Assembly: GCA_964016885.1 (NCBI GenBank)
Contig: OZ024743.1
Location: 186,682,001 to 186,746,000 of the forward strand
DNA length: 64,000 nucleotides
Origin: Eledone cirrhosa
Taxonomy: Eukaryota
Direction: 5' to 3'
How positions within the stretch are numbered: position 1 is the stretch's first letter; each line of letters begins with the position of its first letter. The notes under the pieces are model-generated. The model was not told the DNA's origin, ran no database searches, and saw only the letters and a program-made list of their open reading frames with translations. Below are positions 1-11,494 of this stretch, piece by piece. A program made the translations under genes and the position numbers.

Positions 1-334
1 CTTTAAACAGCGCTAACCATGTATGAGAGGTTGAATTATGGTTTAATAAGACTAATCAGCCTGGTACTAACAGATTAATAAACCATTATTCATGTTCATA
101 CTGAAACAGTCATGTGGGTAGCAATATCATATGCAGGAGATGATTCCCTCTAATTAATAACTAGATTAACCCTTTTGTTACTATATTTCTAATGAAAAAC
201 AGTATTTATGAAAAAAAATCAAATATTTTCAGGGATTTAGAAATATAATTATTTTAAAGTTTTTTTTTTGAATATAACTTAACAAAGGTTCTTACATAAA
301 ATTATAATGAAAACATTTTAGATAAATATAAACA

Positions 335-570
335 GTCCACCTGTAAGGTGGTTTTAGTGGTGCCATGACAAAAGATCCCAGTTCATGTTGTTACCTGGTT
401 GGCATTAGGAAGAGTATCAAGCTGTAGAAACTCAAAATGGAGTACATGAGCACGATGTAGTCACCTGACTTGTCTAACTGTATAATGTGACAACCCATCC
501 AGCCTATGCATGGATAAAAAAATAGGCATCAAATGGTGGTGGCAATCACGATGATATGATGATAATAATA
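335..570 (+). mobile_element. RTE 3'-UTR-derived element/SINE tail
   Basis: 'ggttggcattaggaagagtatcaagctgtagaaa' and GAT-rich tail match the RTE 3' UTR at 10560-10712. Confidence 0.7.
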
Positions 571-679
571 AATACTTTAAGATAAATATCTTAGGATAGT
601 ATCACAAGAGGATATTGCAGGTAGTTATGTATGTATGTATGTATGGTCCCGTAACTCCTGATATAGTCGTAGGGGCACC

Positions 680-955
680 ATATGTCAATACAGCATTTCT
701 TGAGCACTTTTACAGACTGGCGGAGCCCATCCTTTTCCAGGCCTGAGTACAGAGAAAGATAGAAAGTAAGAGAGGAAATGAGAAAGAGATATAGAGGAAG
801 AATCGACACCAGTACTAGACTTGTACTTTTTTTTATCGACCTCGAAAGGATGAAAGGCAAAGTTGACCTCAGCAGGATTTGAACTCAGAGAGCCAGAACG
901 AATACCATAAAGCATTTTATCTGACGTTCTAATGACTCTGCCAATTTGCCACCTT
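680..955 (-). mobile_element. tRNA-derived Nin/Deu-domain SINE, long-tail variant
   Basis: Reverse strand reads B-box 'gagttcaaatcc' then 'gcctttcatcctttcgaggtcgataaaa...gtac'. Confidence 0.8.
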
Positions 956-1371
956 ATATAGTTAGGTATAAAAAGGGTTAAACAGCAAGACAACAACATT
1001 GGATTTATTTTCTATAGTTAACACAATAAAATTGAGATGAAATTGTTATCTTCTTGTTTTCATGAAAATATCTAAACATGGGTGGACATTGAAATTGTTT
1101 TATATGCCTCAAGGACCATTGATTTTTAATTGATATTTACCAGACTAAAATTGATAATTGTTTTCTTTATTTTTTCTTGAATTTTGTAAAAGAAATAAAT
1201 GAAAAGCATATTTTTATCATTAACAACAGCATCAATATCTATTTTGCTATTCAAGGGCTATATGTATACACAATAGACATTTTATAAAGTGAATATATAA
1301 AGTGTGCAGAACTGTACAACAAAATTATATAAAAGTGAAAGATGGGGCAGGAACATTACACAGTAAATTAA

Positions 1372-1537
1372 CTCTTTAGCATTTAAACTGGCTGTAACCA
1401 GCTTCTCATACTGATGTTAAGGTATTGTTCTCAAAATAAATAAAATCAAAATCTCATAGATTCAATATTATGTGAGATAAAACTTTTCCCATGAAAATAC
1501 AATAGTATATATATAGAACAATGTAAATGTTAAAGGG
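1372..1537 (+). mobile_element. piggyBac-like MITE (family B)
   Basis: TTAA flanks; imperfect TIR ctctttagcattta / taaatgttaaaggg; homologous to 1819-2036 and 63861-64000. Confidence 0.7.
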
Positions 1538-1818
1538 TTAAGACATTAGCATATTTTAAGTTATACAAATAATAACACAAAGTAATTAGATTGTATAAAT
1601 CTTAGAGGCAATTATAAAAATATAAATAAAAAATAGGACAACCCAGCACTTTAGTTTGATTAAAGCACCCCACACGCTACCTTCTACTCTTACCTAGTAA
1701 TCCAAAAGTGCCTGTAAGAAATGTTTTGATCACTGGCTGTAAGGAGCTCTGAATGCTCTGGGCATAATCCTTTAAATGTTTATAGATCACCAATCTTTAT
1801 CAAAACACTGCCACTTAA

Positions 1819-2036
1819 ATCTTTAACATTTACATTACTCTATATATACTATCGTATTTTCATGGTAAAGACTTTATTTCACATACTTATCTCACATAAT
1901 ATCGAATCTATGAGATTTTGATATTTATTTTGAGAACAATACCTCAATATCAGTATGAGTGGCTGGTTATGGCCAGTTTGAACAGAAATAGGTGAGGGAA
2001 TTCTGGCTGGGTATGGCTGGTTTAAATGCTAAAGGG
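1819..2036 (-). mobile_element. piggyBac-like MITE (family B), inverted copy
   Basis: Ends in 'gtttaaatgctaaaggg|ttaa'; interior is the reverse complement of 1372-1537. Confidence 0.75.
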
Positions 2037-2584
2037 TTAAGATGTTGCATATTTTATTGTTTCACAGATTAGCTAGAGCTATCTGCAATTGTTATTTCAG
2101 GGTCATAAGAAAAGTGCCTATTGTTTGCTTTATCACAGATTTATCAGGCAGATCTTTCTCCACCAATTCATGTTTAGCGCCAGTTTATTGGTGATTGCTT
2201 AATTCAGTTTTCTACTTATTCTTTCATTTGTCACAATATATGTGTTGTTGTTATCATTAACCTGGTCAATTGAATTGTTGAAAATGATAAAATTAAAATT
2301 AAAAAATGACATAAATTAATCTGCAAGTTCCCCCACAGATATGAAAAATGAAATATAATAGTTAAAACAGATAAGCAGATGTGGAGTCAATGAGGTTAAT
2401 AATGGTTTCTATGAATATGTTGAGTAGTAGTTGAAGTAGTTCTTTTTAAATCATGGCGAAAATGTAAATTCAACTTAGATGCCTCTCAAATTTCAAAGAT
2501 AAGATATTTGTGTTGGGCCATTTCTTAAAGAGGACTAAATATTCTATTGGATCTGGAATTTTCAGTTAGGAAACCTGTTAATAT

Positions 2585-2765
2585 AATAATTATTTCTACT
2601 TTAGGCACAAGGCCAGCAATTTGAAGGGGATGGGAAAGTCACTTAAATCGACTCCAGTGCATTACTGGTGCTTTAATTATTGACCCCATGAAGATAAAAG
2701 ACAAAGGGATTTGAACTCAGAATGTAAAGGGCCATAACTCTATATCACTAAGCATGGTGTCCATA
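2585..2765 (-). mobile_element. Nin/Deu-domain SINE, (ATT)n-tail variant
   Basis: 'tttctactttaggcacaaggccagcaatt...ggatttgaactcag' as in other copies. Confidence 0.75.
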
Positions 2766-2789
2766 GTTGTGCCTGAGTGTGCGTGTATC

Positions 2790-3075
2790 AGCATTATTGG
2801 TCCTTTCGTCTGAAGACTGCCCCTCTCCTCCTGCCCTAATATGTCCTCTGTCTTGTGGTCCCAGCTGACATGGGGGAGAAAGAATTACCCTGGAGGATGG
2901 TGGCAAGAGAGATGTACTGGAACAGCCTCTCCACCTCATGGGGCTCGCAGCTGCAGAAAGCCAACTCTGCTCTGATAGCAGTGAGCAGGGATATGGTCTG
3001 GAAACCAAGAATACCAGAAGTCTCCACTACTATAGGCTCAACCACAAACCTATCCAATTATTATGACATATCAAT
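2790..3075 (-). pseudogene. C-terminal restriction-like endonuclease fragment of a CRE-like non-LTR retrotransposon
   Basis: ORF 2836-3057 reads FVVEPIVVETSGILG...LLTAIRAELA...EPHEVERLFQYISLATILQGNS, matching the FxPxxVETxGxxG...LFQRISxAIQRGN end of CRE-type ORFs. Second copy at 52165-52375. Confidence 0.7.
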
Positions 3076-3199
3076 AAAGTTTTAATGAAATTTCAATTGA
3101 GCACATGAAGATTTTTGTTGACAATTTAGTGTTAAGTACTTTACTGTAGGTAAAAACATTTAACATATGATGCTTTACAAGGAGCAAGTTATGATGTTG

Positions 3200-3416
3200 A
3201 TCATCATCATTACCGTTTAATGTCCATTTTTTCCATGCTAGCATGGGTCAAATGGGTTGCCCGCTTGAGGCAAGTTAGGTCAAGTGACCATGTCTTGCTC
3301 AAATAGAACTGTTTCTGGCTTGGTTTCTTTGGCTGGATGCCCTTCCTAATGCAAACCACATTTACAGTGTGTGCTGGGTGTTTTTTTATCATGACTCCTA
3401 CACGACCACTTTACAG
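3200..3416 (-). mobile_element. RTE 3'-UTR-derived element
   Basis: (CAT)n...'ggctggatgcccttcctaatgcaaaccacatttacagtg'. Confidence 0.75.
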
Positions 3417-4912
3417 ATCCAAATATCAATAGAATAATAATGGTTACATTTATAATTGATTTTGTTTATTACCAAATATGAATAAAGTAATGTGTTAATT
3501 CTTGACAGATCTTCTTGCTTAAAGGCATTAGAATGCAAATGAGTTTCTTTCAAGTATTTAATTTCTGAAGTTTTGAACAGGTAGTTCTTGGTTTTATATA
3601 AGAATATCTATTAAATTGTTTGAAAAAATTCTTAAATTTAAGAAAGGTTATTATATCACTGAGGAGTCTCATGAAAATCTATAATTGAAATTATACCTAA
3701 AAAGGGAATATATTAAAGTAACCTTTTTTTAAATTTATTATTAATTTTTTTTATTGATTCCTAGTATTCTCATGAGGGATGAGTAAATTGTATATAGAAT
3801 GTAGATATGAAATTTTTGTCAGATTTATTTGTTAGGAAAAATAGTATTTATATCTGTGTATAAAATGTATTTTTTCCTAAATAAATGGGATTGGATATCA
3901 CCTGCTTTGGGATGTTGATGTGATTTTCATATCTTTTAAAGGTGCACACTATGCAAGTGGCTTTTAAAAATTATCTTTATATGACTGAACTAAATAAATC
4001 TCAAATGTGTTCAATTTAACAAAGATAAAAACATGCCTTAAATTGATTCATTTGAATTTTTAAAAAAAATACAACAATGCTATAATCTTTATGTGAAAAT
4101 AGAAATAATTTGTGCATGAAAAAAGAATTAAAAATGAAATTTCAAATGAAATGAATTTACTTTTTATTTTTCAGATAATAAAAAGAATAATGTTCAGTGA
4201 AATTCTGTTTATATTTCAATAACTTCAAGAATTCTTTTCTAAATTTTACTATGTCATGTTTATTGCTTGAATTAACATTTTAAGATAAATAATATTAATT
4301 AACATCAATAGAGAGAAATGAAAAAAATAGCTAATTTATTTCTGCATTGTTAGATATAAAGTTTAAATCATCAGATTGAATCCTCTTATATATAATGAGA
4401 GTTTTGATTTTTAACTAAAAGTTTACAAATAATATCTGAAAATAATTTTCTTATATATAAAAAAAGGAAAAAACATTTTCTAAAAGATTGCTTATAATTT
4501 ATTTTTAATTTAAGTAATTTGTTTGCAAGCTTTATTCATAAACGAAGATAAATATATATAATTACTAGAAATTATAGTTCTAACAAATATGTCTTTGTTT
4601 ATAACTTGATTTACAGTCAAGGTATAACAATTATTGAGAAATTAAGTCAACAGTTATTTTAAAACATTTCAATGTATTGCATAACTATAAAGTGAATTAA
4701 AATTAACTAATTTTTTGAATTTATAATTTAGTGAAAACAGAGTCGAAGACAAGTTCTTAGATAGTAAACTCCTTACAGATGACATTTTATGTTATGCATA
4801 GAGCCAGATTTATAAAAGGTCTACTTACTTAAGTTTGCATACTAGTAAAAATTAGTTTTCATTCAAGAAGTAAAGTCTTTGCTTTTGTCTGGCATGAAAA
4901 CTATGAGCAATT

Positions 4913-5066
4913 CCTAACAAATTTGTCTATCTGTGGACCCATTCCTCATATTTTCAATCAGAAATTTCCTGACAGCTTTTGCAGCAATAAATTGACTTTT
5001 TTTCTTACAATTTACTAACTCTGGTGTACCTCCATGTTCAGTTAAAATTTCTATATTGTTTGTTTT
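4913..5066 (-). CDS. Candidate terminal coding exon of an unidentified host gene
   Basis: Open frame (KTNNI)EILTEHGGTPELVNCKKKSQFIAAKAVRKFLIENMRNGSTDRQIC*. AG at 5067-5068 or 5051-5052, each phase-compatible with one donor of the upstream candidate; pyrimidine tracts are weak. Confidence 0.3.
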
Positions 5067-5285
5067 CTATATATATATGACCTTTGTGCTATTAAATTTA
5101 ATCACACAAAGCTCTACAGATGATATTAATCTTCATTCTTCTTAACCTAGAGCATACCGGCATCATCTACATACAACCTAGGGACCTCGTGCTAGACACA
5201 CATTAAATAAATGAAAAGAGATTTTGAAACATCCACAAACAGAAGATTTACAATCAAGCATTCTAAAACACTAAAACATACTTAC

Positions 5286-5466
5286 TATACCAAACAAGGA
5301 AATTGTATTAAGACACTTAAAATCCTCAACCTTATAACAAATTTCTGATATCCATTCATTACAATACATTCCTAATATTTCCACAACCACATTTAATGGC
5401 ATGGTTTCTTCTTCAAAGCCATAACAGTTAATACTCCCTAATATAGGTGTAATTCTCTTTATATCA
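5286..5466 (-). CDS. Candidate internal coding exon of an unidentified host gene
   Basis: Acceptor 'tattttaacAG', donor 'GTAAGT'; 60 open codons DIKRITPILGSINCYGFEEETMPLNVVVEILGMYCNEWISEICYKVEDFKCLNTISLFGI in non-repetitive sequence. Protein not recognised. Confidence 0.4.
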
Positions 5467-6259
5467 CTGTTAAAATATCCGAGATGATGTAAGTGTGTAG
5501 TTGCTACAAGAATACATTAGATAATGTACCCTCTGTAGATTTTGGAAACAAAGACAGTCTGGTCACAGCTCAAATGCTTAATAGATCTGCTCAATCAGAA
5601 GTCAAGACTAAATAACAACAACAACAAAAAGAAACAGAAAATTATGCTGTGAAGTATTAGAAGGCCTAAACGTTCAAACATGACAATTCATCAATTGTTT
5701 TTCATCAACATGTAAAGAAGAAAAATAATTTCTCTTATCTAAAAAGAAGAAAAGAGATTCTCTTCAAGTTCAATACATTTTGGGATTTAGAATTAAGAAG
5801 CCAATTCCAAGTGTCTTTCTTTGCATTAAAATAATTCTTTTATAAGCTCTAATTCATAACTATCTCATTTAAAGTCCTGAGTAATCTTCCTATCTAAGCT
5901 GTAGTTAAATCTGTGTAAGATTTCTTTTCAGCTCTAAACTTCCAAATCATTATATAACATTGATACATAGCAATGCATTAATTTGCTACACTGAAACAAA
6001 GCAGTAGTAAGAGATGAGCTAGAGAAAAGGAAAACAACCATTGTACAACCTTCGTATTTATTTTAGTAATCCTGTCAGGATTTGAACTCAGAACACAGAA
6101 GGATTAACTCAATGTGGTAAAGAATTTAGTGAGACATTTTATTGTTTTCGTTATTTGAATATCTTCAAAATATTCTAAGAATGTATTAGATCTATATCTA
6201 CTAGACATTGTGTTTCATGTATGTTATACAATGCTTACACAGTCATGTTCTTGAAATAA

Positions 6260-6460
6260 TTCTTTTCAGCATTGGAACAAAACAATCTATTTGGGATAAG
6301 GGGAAAGTCAGTTATATCAACTGAAACTTTACTTTATTGACCCCAGAAGGATGAAAAGCAAAGTTGACCTCAGCAGGATTTATACTCATAATGAAGAAAG
6401 TGATAACTAAATACCATAAGTTATTTTGTTTGATTCTCTACTAATACTGCCAAATGCATC
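6260..6460 (-). mobile_element. Degenerate Nin/Deu-domain SINE
   Basis: 'actttattgaccccagaaggatgaaaagcaaagttgacctcagcaggattt'. Confidence 0.7.
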
Positions 6461-6679
6461 ATGCTATATCTGATGCCATATTTGTGCTAGAACAACGAAA
6501 TATGTCCGACGATGACTGATATATCAGCAGTAGAGACAGGGGTGAGGGGGAACTTCTGATTTTCCAAGCTTCGGATATTTCGTCAGTGGGAATCTTTTTC
6601 TTTTTGTAGGTTTTTTTTTGTTTGTTTTCGACAGATCTGACATCCAACTCACTCACCAATAACTGCTTTTTTCAAAAAC

Positions 6680-6994
6680 AAAATGGGATGAGTATGGTTG
6701 TGACTGAACTACAGCCTCACATTATTGAATAAAAAATCCTCATTGGATGTGATGAGGGAGATATGTCCCCTTTCATTTCGAATGATTGAAATTCCAAGTG
6801 AGAGTCAGTTACACAATGACTATCAACAAGTCCCAAGGTCAAACACTGCAGGTTGTCAGTCTCCATCTAGAAGAGGATGTTTCTGACATGGTCCATTGTA
6901 TGTAGGTTGTTCTAGAGTAGGAAGACCCCACAAAATCTCCATATATGCTCAAAAGAAAAAGGATAAAAACATTGTATATACTAGAATTCTGTAA
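6680..6994 (+). pseudogene. Helitron RepHel Pif1-type helicase C-terminal fragment (frameshifted)
   Basis: FQVRVSYTMTINKSQGQTLQVVSLHLEE / CF*HGPLYVGCSRVG...KNIVYTRIL*, i.e. the TINKSQGQTL and HGQLYVAxSRV motifs. Confidence 0.85.
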
Positions 6995-7147
6995 ATGTTT
7001 TATAATTTTCGTAGAATACATTCTTTTGTTATTTTGTTTATTAATTTCTGTATTTAGATATCCTAAATAAATTTTTTAAATTGTGTTGTGCAATATTTAA
7101 ATATCTTTTAATATCTTTTATTCTAAGGAAAAGAGTTATGCCCCTTT

Positions 7148-7270
7148 CTGATCTGAGTTCAAATCCTGCCGAGGTTAACTTTGCCTTTCATCCTTATGGG
7201 GTCGATAAAATAAAGTACTGCACTGGGATAATTGCTGGCCTTGTGCCAGAAGTAGAAACAATTATTATTA
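7148..7270 (+). mobile_element. Nin/Deu-domain SINE (5'-truncated)
   Basis: 'ctgagttcaaatcctgccgaggttaactttgcctttcatccttatggggtcgataaaataaagtac' with (ATT)n tail. Confidence 0.85.
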
Positions 7271-8488
7271 AAAGATCTGAGGCCATATTCAGTTGATTTA
7301 GGTTTATTTAAAACCTGTTATCCAAATTTCGCTGAGGGCAATCAGTTATTATAATCTGAGCTCTTCAGATGGCAAAACCTATAAAAACAATGAAGTTCCT
7401 AAAAAACTTTAAGTTTGGAAAAATCCAGTAACTTCTTTGAGAAAGATTTTCTTTTCTTGAGGACTGGCCAGACATGTGGTGTTCTTTCTTCAACAGCTGG
7501 CCCCTGATGGTCATGATGAATGGCTGATTTAGTAGTGTTAGTAGTCCACATATGAAGGTCTCAATTTTTATAATAGTAAATATATAAAATTAAACATATA
7601 TTTATGTATGTGTGTGTCATTCACAACCACCAGTAATTTTTATTTATGTCCCCTATAAATAATATGAGGGATATAAATATTGCTGCTTAATGGTTTGGTG
7701 AACATCAGTAATATGTACCAGAGATTAAAAATAATAAGATATGGGTTTGCATCAAGAAGGGCATCATCTGACCACAAAAGATCTGCCTTAAAAATGTTTT
7801 ATGTGAAACATGTCAGTATGGGAAAGCTGATGGTAATGATGAAATAAAAAATAAATTAAGAAAACATCTTTTTTACTTAGAAAGTATTTTTCTACTTGTT
7901 TGTATGAAATTGTTTAGCTATTTAATTCATTACTTTGCCATTGGAACAGATTTCTAACTAAGGAAAAGTTAATTTAAGAAATAATCATTTTTGGTCATGT
8001 TAAGCTGCAAATTTAAATGAACTTCCTCCAGTCAATGAAACACATTTCTCTAGTTTATTTAAATTTTTTTTAACAGGATAATTTTTTTTTTTACCAAACT
8101 TGAATTTATTTTATACCTGAAGGAACTACCTCTATCATCAATTCTATTTAGAAGATATTTCTCTGAGCAGATCAATTTCTCTCAACAAAAATTATAATTT
8201 GATGAAAAAAAAAATAGGAAAGATCAAACAACAATATAGTTATTTCTAGAAAAAATATGCCTGCAGATTATATATGTAGTGATTGCATACAATGTGGATT
8301 TGTAAATAGATTTACAATTTAATTTAAAAGTAATAGAAACAATTAAAGGAAAACATTATGCACTCACACGTACTTATATGTCTAAACATACATAAGTCAC
8401 GAGTAGATATACACACATTTGTATTCAAATTAACTACCACAACACAAGAAAACAAACAAACAATTCACATGACCAGAATGCATGCAAT

Positions 8489-8527
<39 letters not shown>

Positions 8528-8530
<3 letters not shown>

Positions 8531-8714
8531 TGGTAGAACACTGGAAGCACTCAGTCCATGGGACGAGTTAGGTAGAAGTGGTTACACAACAGTTAATTCA
8601 CCATACCGAGAACAATTGTTTCACCTTAGAAGATCCTCAGCTCATAATGGGCTGAGGATCTGCTAAGGTGAAACAATTGTTCTCGGTATGGTGAACTAAC
8701 TGTTGTGTAACCAC

Positions 8715-8719
<5 letters not shown>
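8528..8719. mobile_element. Fold-back insert in (TA)n with hammerhead-like cores on both strands (PLE-terminus-like)
   Basis: 73-bp arms 8573-8645 / 8647-8719 with 3 mismatches; CTGAGGA...GAAAC core; (TA)n on both sides. Confidence 0.65.
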
Positions 8720-8750
<31 letters not shown>

Positions 8751-9038
8751 GCATCCCAGAGATCAATTGCAAGAAAGATAAACAGCATAGCAGATCTTGA
8801 CTATTGGAGTCAATGAGAAAATCTCAAACTCTACTCTCTCCAACGCCATCATGAGCACTACATCATTTGTATGATGTAGTAAATGCTGTATATGCCTCCA
8901 GCAATGATAACTCTTTACTCAAGTAAAAGTGGGCCATGGTGTCCAAAAACATGACTGAGGTATGAAACATGATTTGAAAGACTTCAGTAGGTGGTGCTAT
9001 TAAGTTAAACCTAGCCTGAACCAATATATATATATATA

Positions 9039-10319
9039 CGACAACTACAGGAGAAGTACCTAGCTAAAAGTAAACCCCTATACTTAGCTTTTGTCGACTT
9101 GGAGAAAGCCTTCGACAGAGTTCCCCGTTCCATTATCTGGTGGGCTCTTAGAAAACTAGGTGTTGATGAATGGCTTGTGAGAGCTATACAAGCCATGTAT
9201 AAAGAAACAGTCAGCAAGGTTAGAATTAACAACGAATATAGTGAAGAGTTTAGCGTAAAAGTTGGTGTTCATCAGGGCTCTGTTCTTAGCCCCCTACTAT
9301 TTATTATTGCCCTTCAGGCTATAACAGTGGAGTTCAAGACCGGCTGCCCATGGGAACTCCTATATGCAGATGATCTAACGCTCATAGCTGAATCAATGGC
9401 CGAGCTAGAGAAGAAATTCCAAACATGGAAGCACGGCCTAGAATCAAAAGGCCTTAAAATTAACCTGGCTAAGACTAAAGTTCTAGTTTGTAGGAAAGAA
9501 AATAAGGCGCCGGTCCCTTCCGGGAAATGGCCATGCTCAGTGTGTAGGAAAGGCGTAGGTAGAAACTCCATTTTATGTCCCAAATGCAAAATATGGGTGC
9601 ATAAAAGATGTAGTGGGATCACAGGTAAGCTAACTAAGAACACAGATTTTACATGTGGCCGGTGCTCTGGTGCAATAAGTAGCAGCAAGTGCCCAAAAAA
9701 TACTAGCTCTTTCAATTGCGCAGAGGGTTCTATAGAAATAGTGGACAGCTTCCGTTACCTGGGTGACAAAATCAGCAGTGGGGGAGGGTGCTCTGAAAGT
9801 ACAGTAGCTAGAGTCAGAACTGGATGGAAAAAGTTCATAGAGCTTATACCTCTATTAGCCGCTAAAGGGTTCTCCCTAAAAATGAAAGGCAGGCTGTATG
9901 ATGCCTGCATACGAACAGCAATGTTGCATGGCAGTGAGACCTGGGCATTGTGTGCAGAGGATATACGCCGACTAGAGAGGAACGAAGCTTGCATGCTCCG
10001 CTGGATGTGTAATAGTAATATACGCGAACGGCAAAGCATAAGTGAACTAAGGGAAAAATTAGAAATAAGAGGGATCAGATGTTGTTTACTCGAGAGAAGG
10101 CTACGTTGGTATGGTCACATGATGCGCATGAAAGACGACAGCTGTATAAAAAAGTGCAGGGCAATAAAGATAGACGGTAGCCACGGAGTAGGCAGATCCA
10201 GAAAAATCTGGGACGACCTGATAAATTCCGACCTCACACACTTACACCTCTCCAAGACAATGTCACTGGACCGAGATCTTTGGCGGTACTCAGTAATAGA
10301 GAAGAGCCGCCTTACCTAA
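9039..10319 (+). CDS. RTE reverse transcriptase (partial) with PHD-like finger
   Basis: FVDLEKAFD, GVHQGSVLSPLLF, LLYADD, GLKINxxKTK, FRYLG, HGSETW, RRLRWYGH motifs; uninterrupted frame. Confidence 0.92.
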   Translation, partial: RQLQEKYLAKSKPLYLAFVDLEKAFDRVPRSIIWWALRKLGVDEWLVRAIQAMYKETVSKVRINNEYSEEFSVKVGVHQGSVLSPLLFIIALQAITVEFKTGCPWELLYADDLTLIAESMAELEKKFQTWKHGLESKGLKINLAKTKVLVCRKENKAPVPSGKWPCSVCRKGVGRNSILCPKCKIWVHKRCSGITGKLTKNTDFTCGRCSGAISSSKCPKNTSSFNCAEGSIEIVDSFRYLGDKISSGGGCSESTVARVRTGWKKFIELIPLLAAKGFSLKMKGRLYDACIRTAMLHGSETWALCAEDIRRLERNEACMLRWMCNSNIRERQSISELREKLEIRGIRCCLLERRLRWYGHMMRMKDDSCIKKCRAIKIDGSHGVGRSRKIWDDLINSDLTHLHLSKTMSLDRDLWRYSVIEKSRLT

Positions 10320-10712
10320 ATACAAAGTAAAACCTACTACAGTCAGTAGGCATCTCTAACAAAATACACCCCGTCCCACCACCCCCATCTCATCCACACC
10401 GCCCCTTTCAATGTAAAGTTATGTTGGTACCACCACAACATCCAGGCCGAAACAAATGAGATCGTGTAGGTGTCACGACAAAAAAACACACAGTCCACAC
10501 TGTAATGTGGCCGTGTAGGCAACACGGTAAAAACCTCCCAGCCCCACACTGTAAATGTGGTTGGTGTTAGGAAGGGCTTCCAACTGTAGAAAACCCGCCA
10601 GACAGTCGTATGCGAGCAAGACAACCACTCTTGCCTCAAGTGGGAAAACTCCCGTCCAAACCCATGCAAGCGTGGAACATGGACGTTAAACGATGATGAT
10701 GATGATGATGAT
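9039..10712 (+). mobile_element. RTE-clade LINE, 5'-truncated, with 3' UTR and (GAT)n tail
   Basis: Starts right after (TA)n with RQLQEKYLAK; RT ORF to 10319; (GAT)7 tail followed by ATATATAT. Confidence 0.95.
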
Positions 10713-10718
10713 ATATAT

Positions 10719-10836
10719 AGTAATAATAATAATAAATGTGAAGACTAAAATCCAAAGAGGGCTCAATAAAGATAAATATATATCAAAGCACCGATTTTTT
10801 GCTTAAACTTTAATCTGTTATTTTAATAAATAAATA
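10719..10836. repeat. Rearranged fragment of the TA-associated repeat family also at 19944-20030 and 21740-21962
   Basis: 10719-10785 matches the reverse complement of ~21902-21962; 10786-10836 matches forward 21832-21878. Confidence 0.7.
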
Positions 10837-11177
10837 TATATATATCATTGGCATTTTACACACACACACATGAAGTGAGTGCATGAAATATGGTCCCTAA
10901 AATCTGAAGGAATAAAGGCATTTTGTGATGTATGAGGATACAGTGTAGAGTGCTTCTAGTAGAGGTGGGATGTCATGGATTTGTAGCTAGAACCAATATA
11001 TTATACCTGGTTGATATGATGCAGAAAAGTGAAGAATTTGAGAAGGAAGCAGAAAATTCTGAAATGTCTGAGAGTAAGACCAAAGCTGCAAGCAAATCTT
11101 CAGTAAGAAGTAAGCATAAATCCTAAAAGATTAAAATGATTACAACAGAATCCTAGCTTGTGGTGGTGGATGCATAG

Positions 11178-11358
11178 ATAATTGTTTCTACTTTTGGCAC
11201 CAGGCCAGCAATTACCCAGTACATTACTGGTACTTTATTTTATCGACCCCGTAAGGATGACAGGCAAAGTTAACCTAGGCGGGATTTGAAATCAGAATGG
11301 CAAGGGACGTAACTCTATGCGTCAAAGCATGGCGTCTGACCCTCTACCGATACTGCCA
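11178..11358 (-). mobile_element. Nin/Deu-domain SINE
   Basis: 'ggtactttattttatcgaccccgtaaggatgacaggcaaagttaacc...gggatttgaa'. Confidence 0.85.
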
Positions 11359-11494
11359 GAAAGTAAAACATGTGCTACAGTTTAAGCGAAAATGTCATGG
11401 ACATTGCCTGATAGATCTGCTTGGCATTGCTAGATGGAACAATGATATTGGAAGTTGGAAAAATCATTAATATATCATTAACATTTAATGTATG

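Larger units (their letters stand above)
170..977. mobile_element. piggyBac-like MITE (family A) containing two nested SINEs
   Basis: TTAA|CCCTTTT at 166-176 and AAAAGGG|TTAA at 971-981. Left end 'cccttttgttactatatttctaatgaaa' recurs at 55895. Confidence 0.55.

Noticed and set aside
6495-6583. Tiny MITE with acgaaatat..ccga / tcggatatttcgt ends
   Set aside because: Single short imperfect inverted repeat with no second copy in the window and no clear target duplication.
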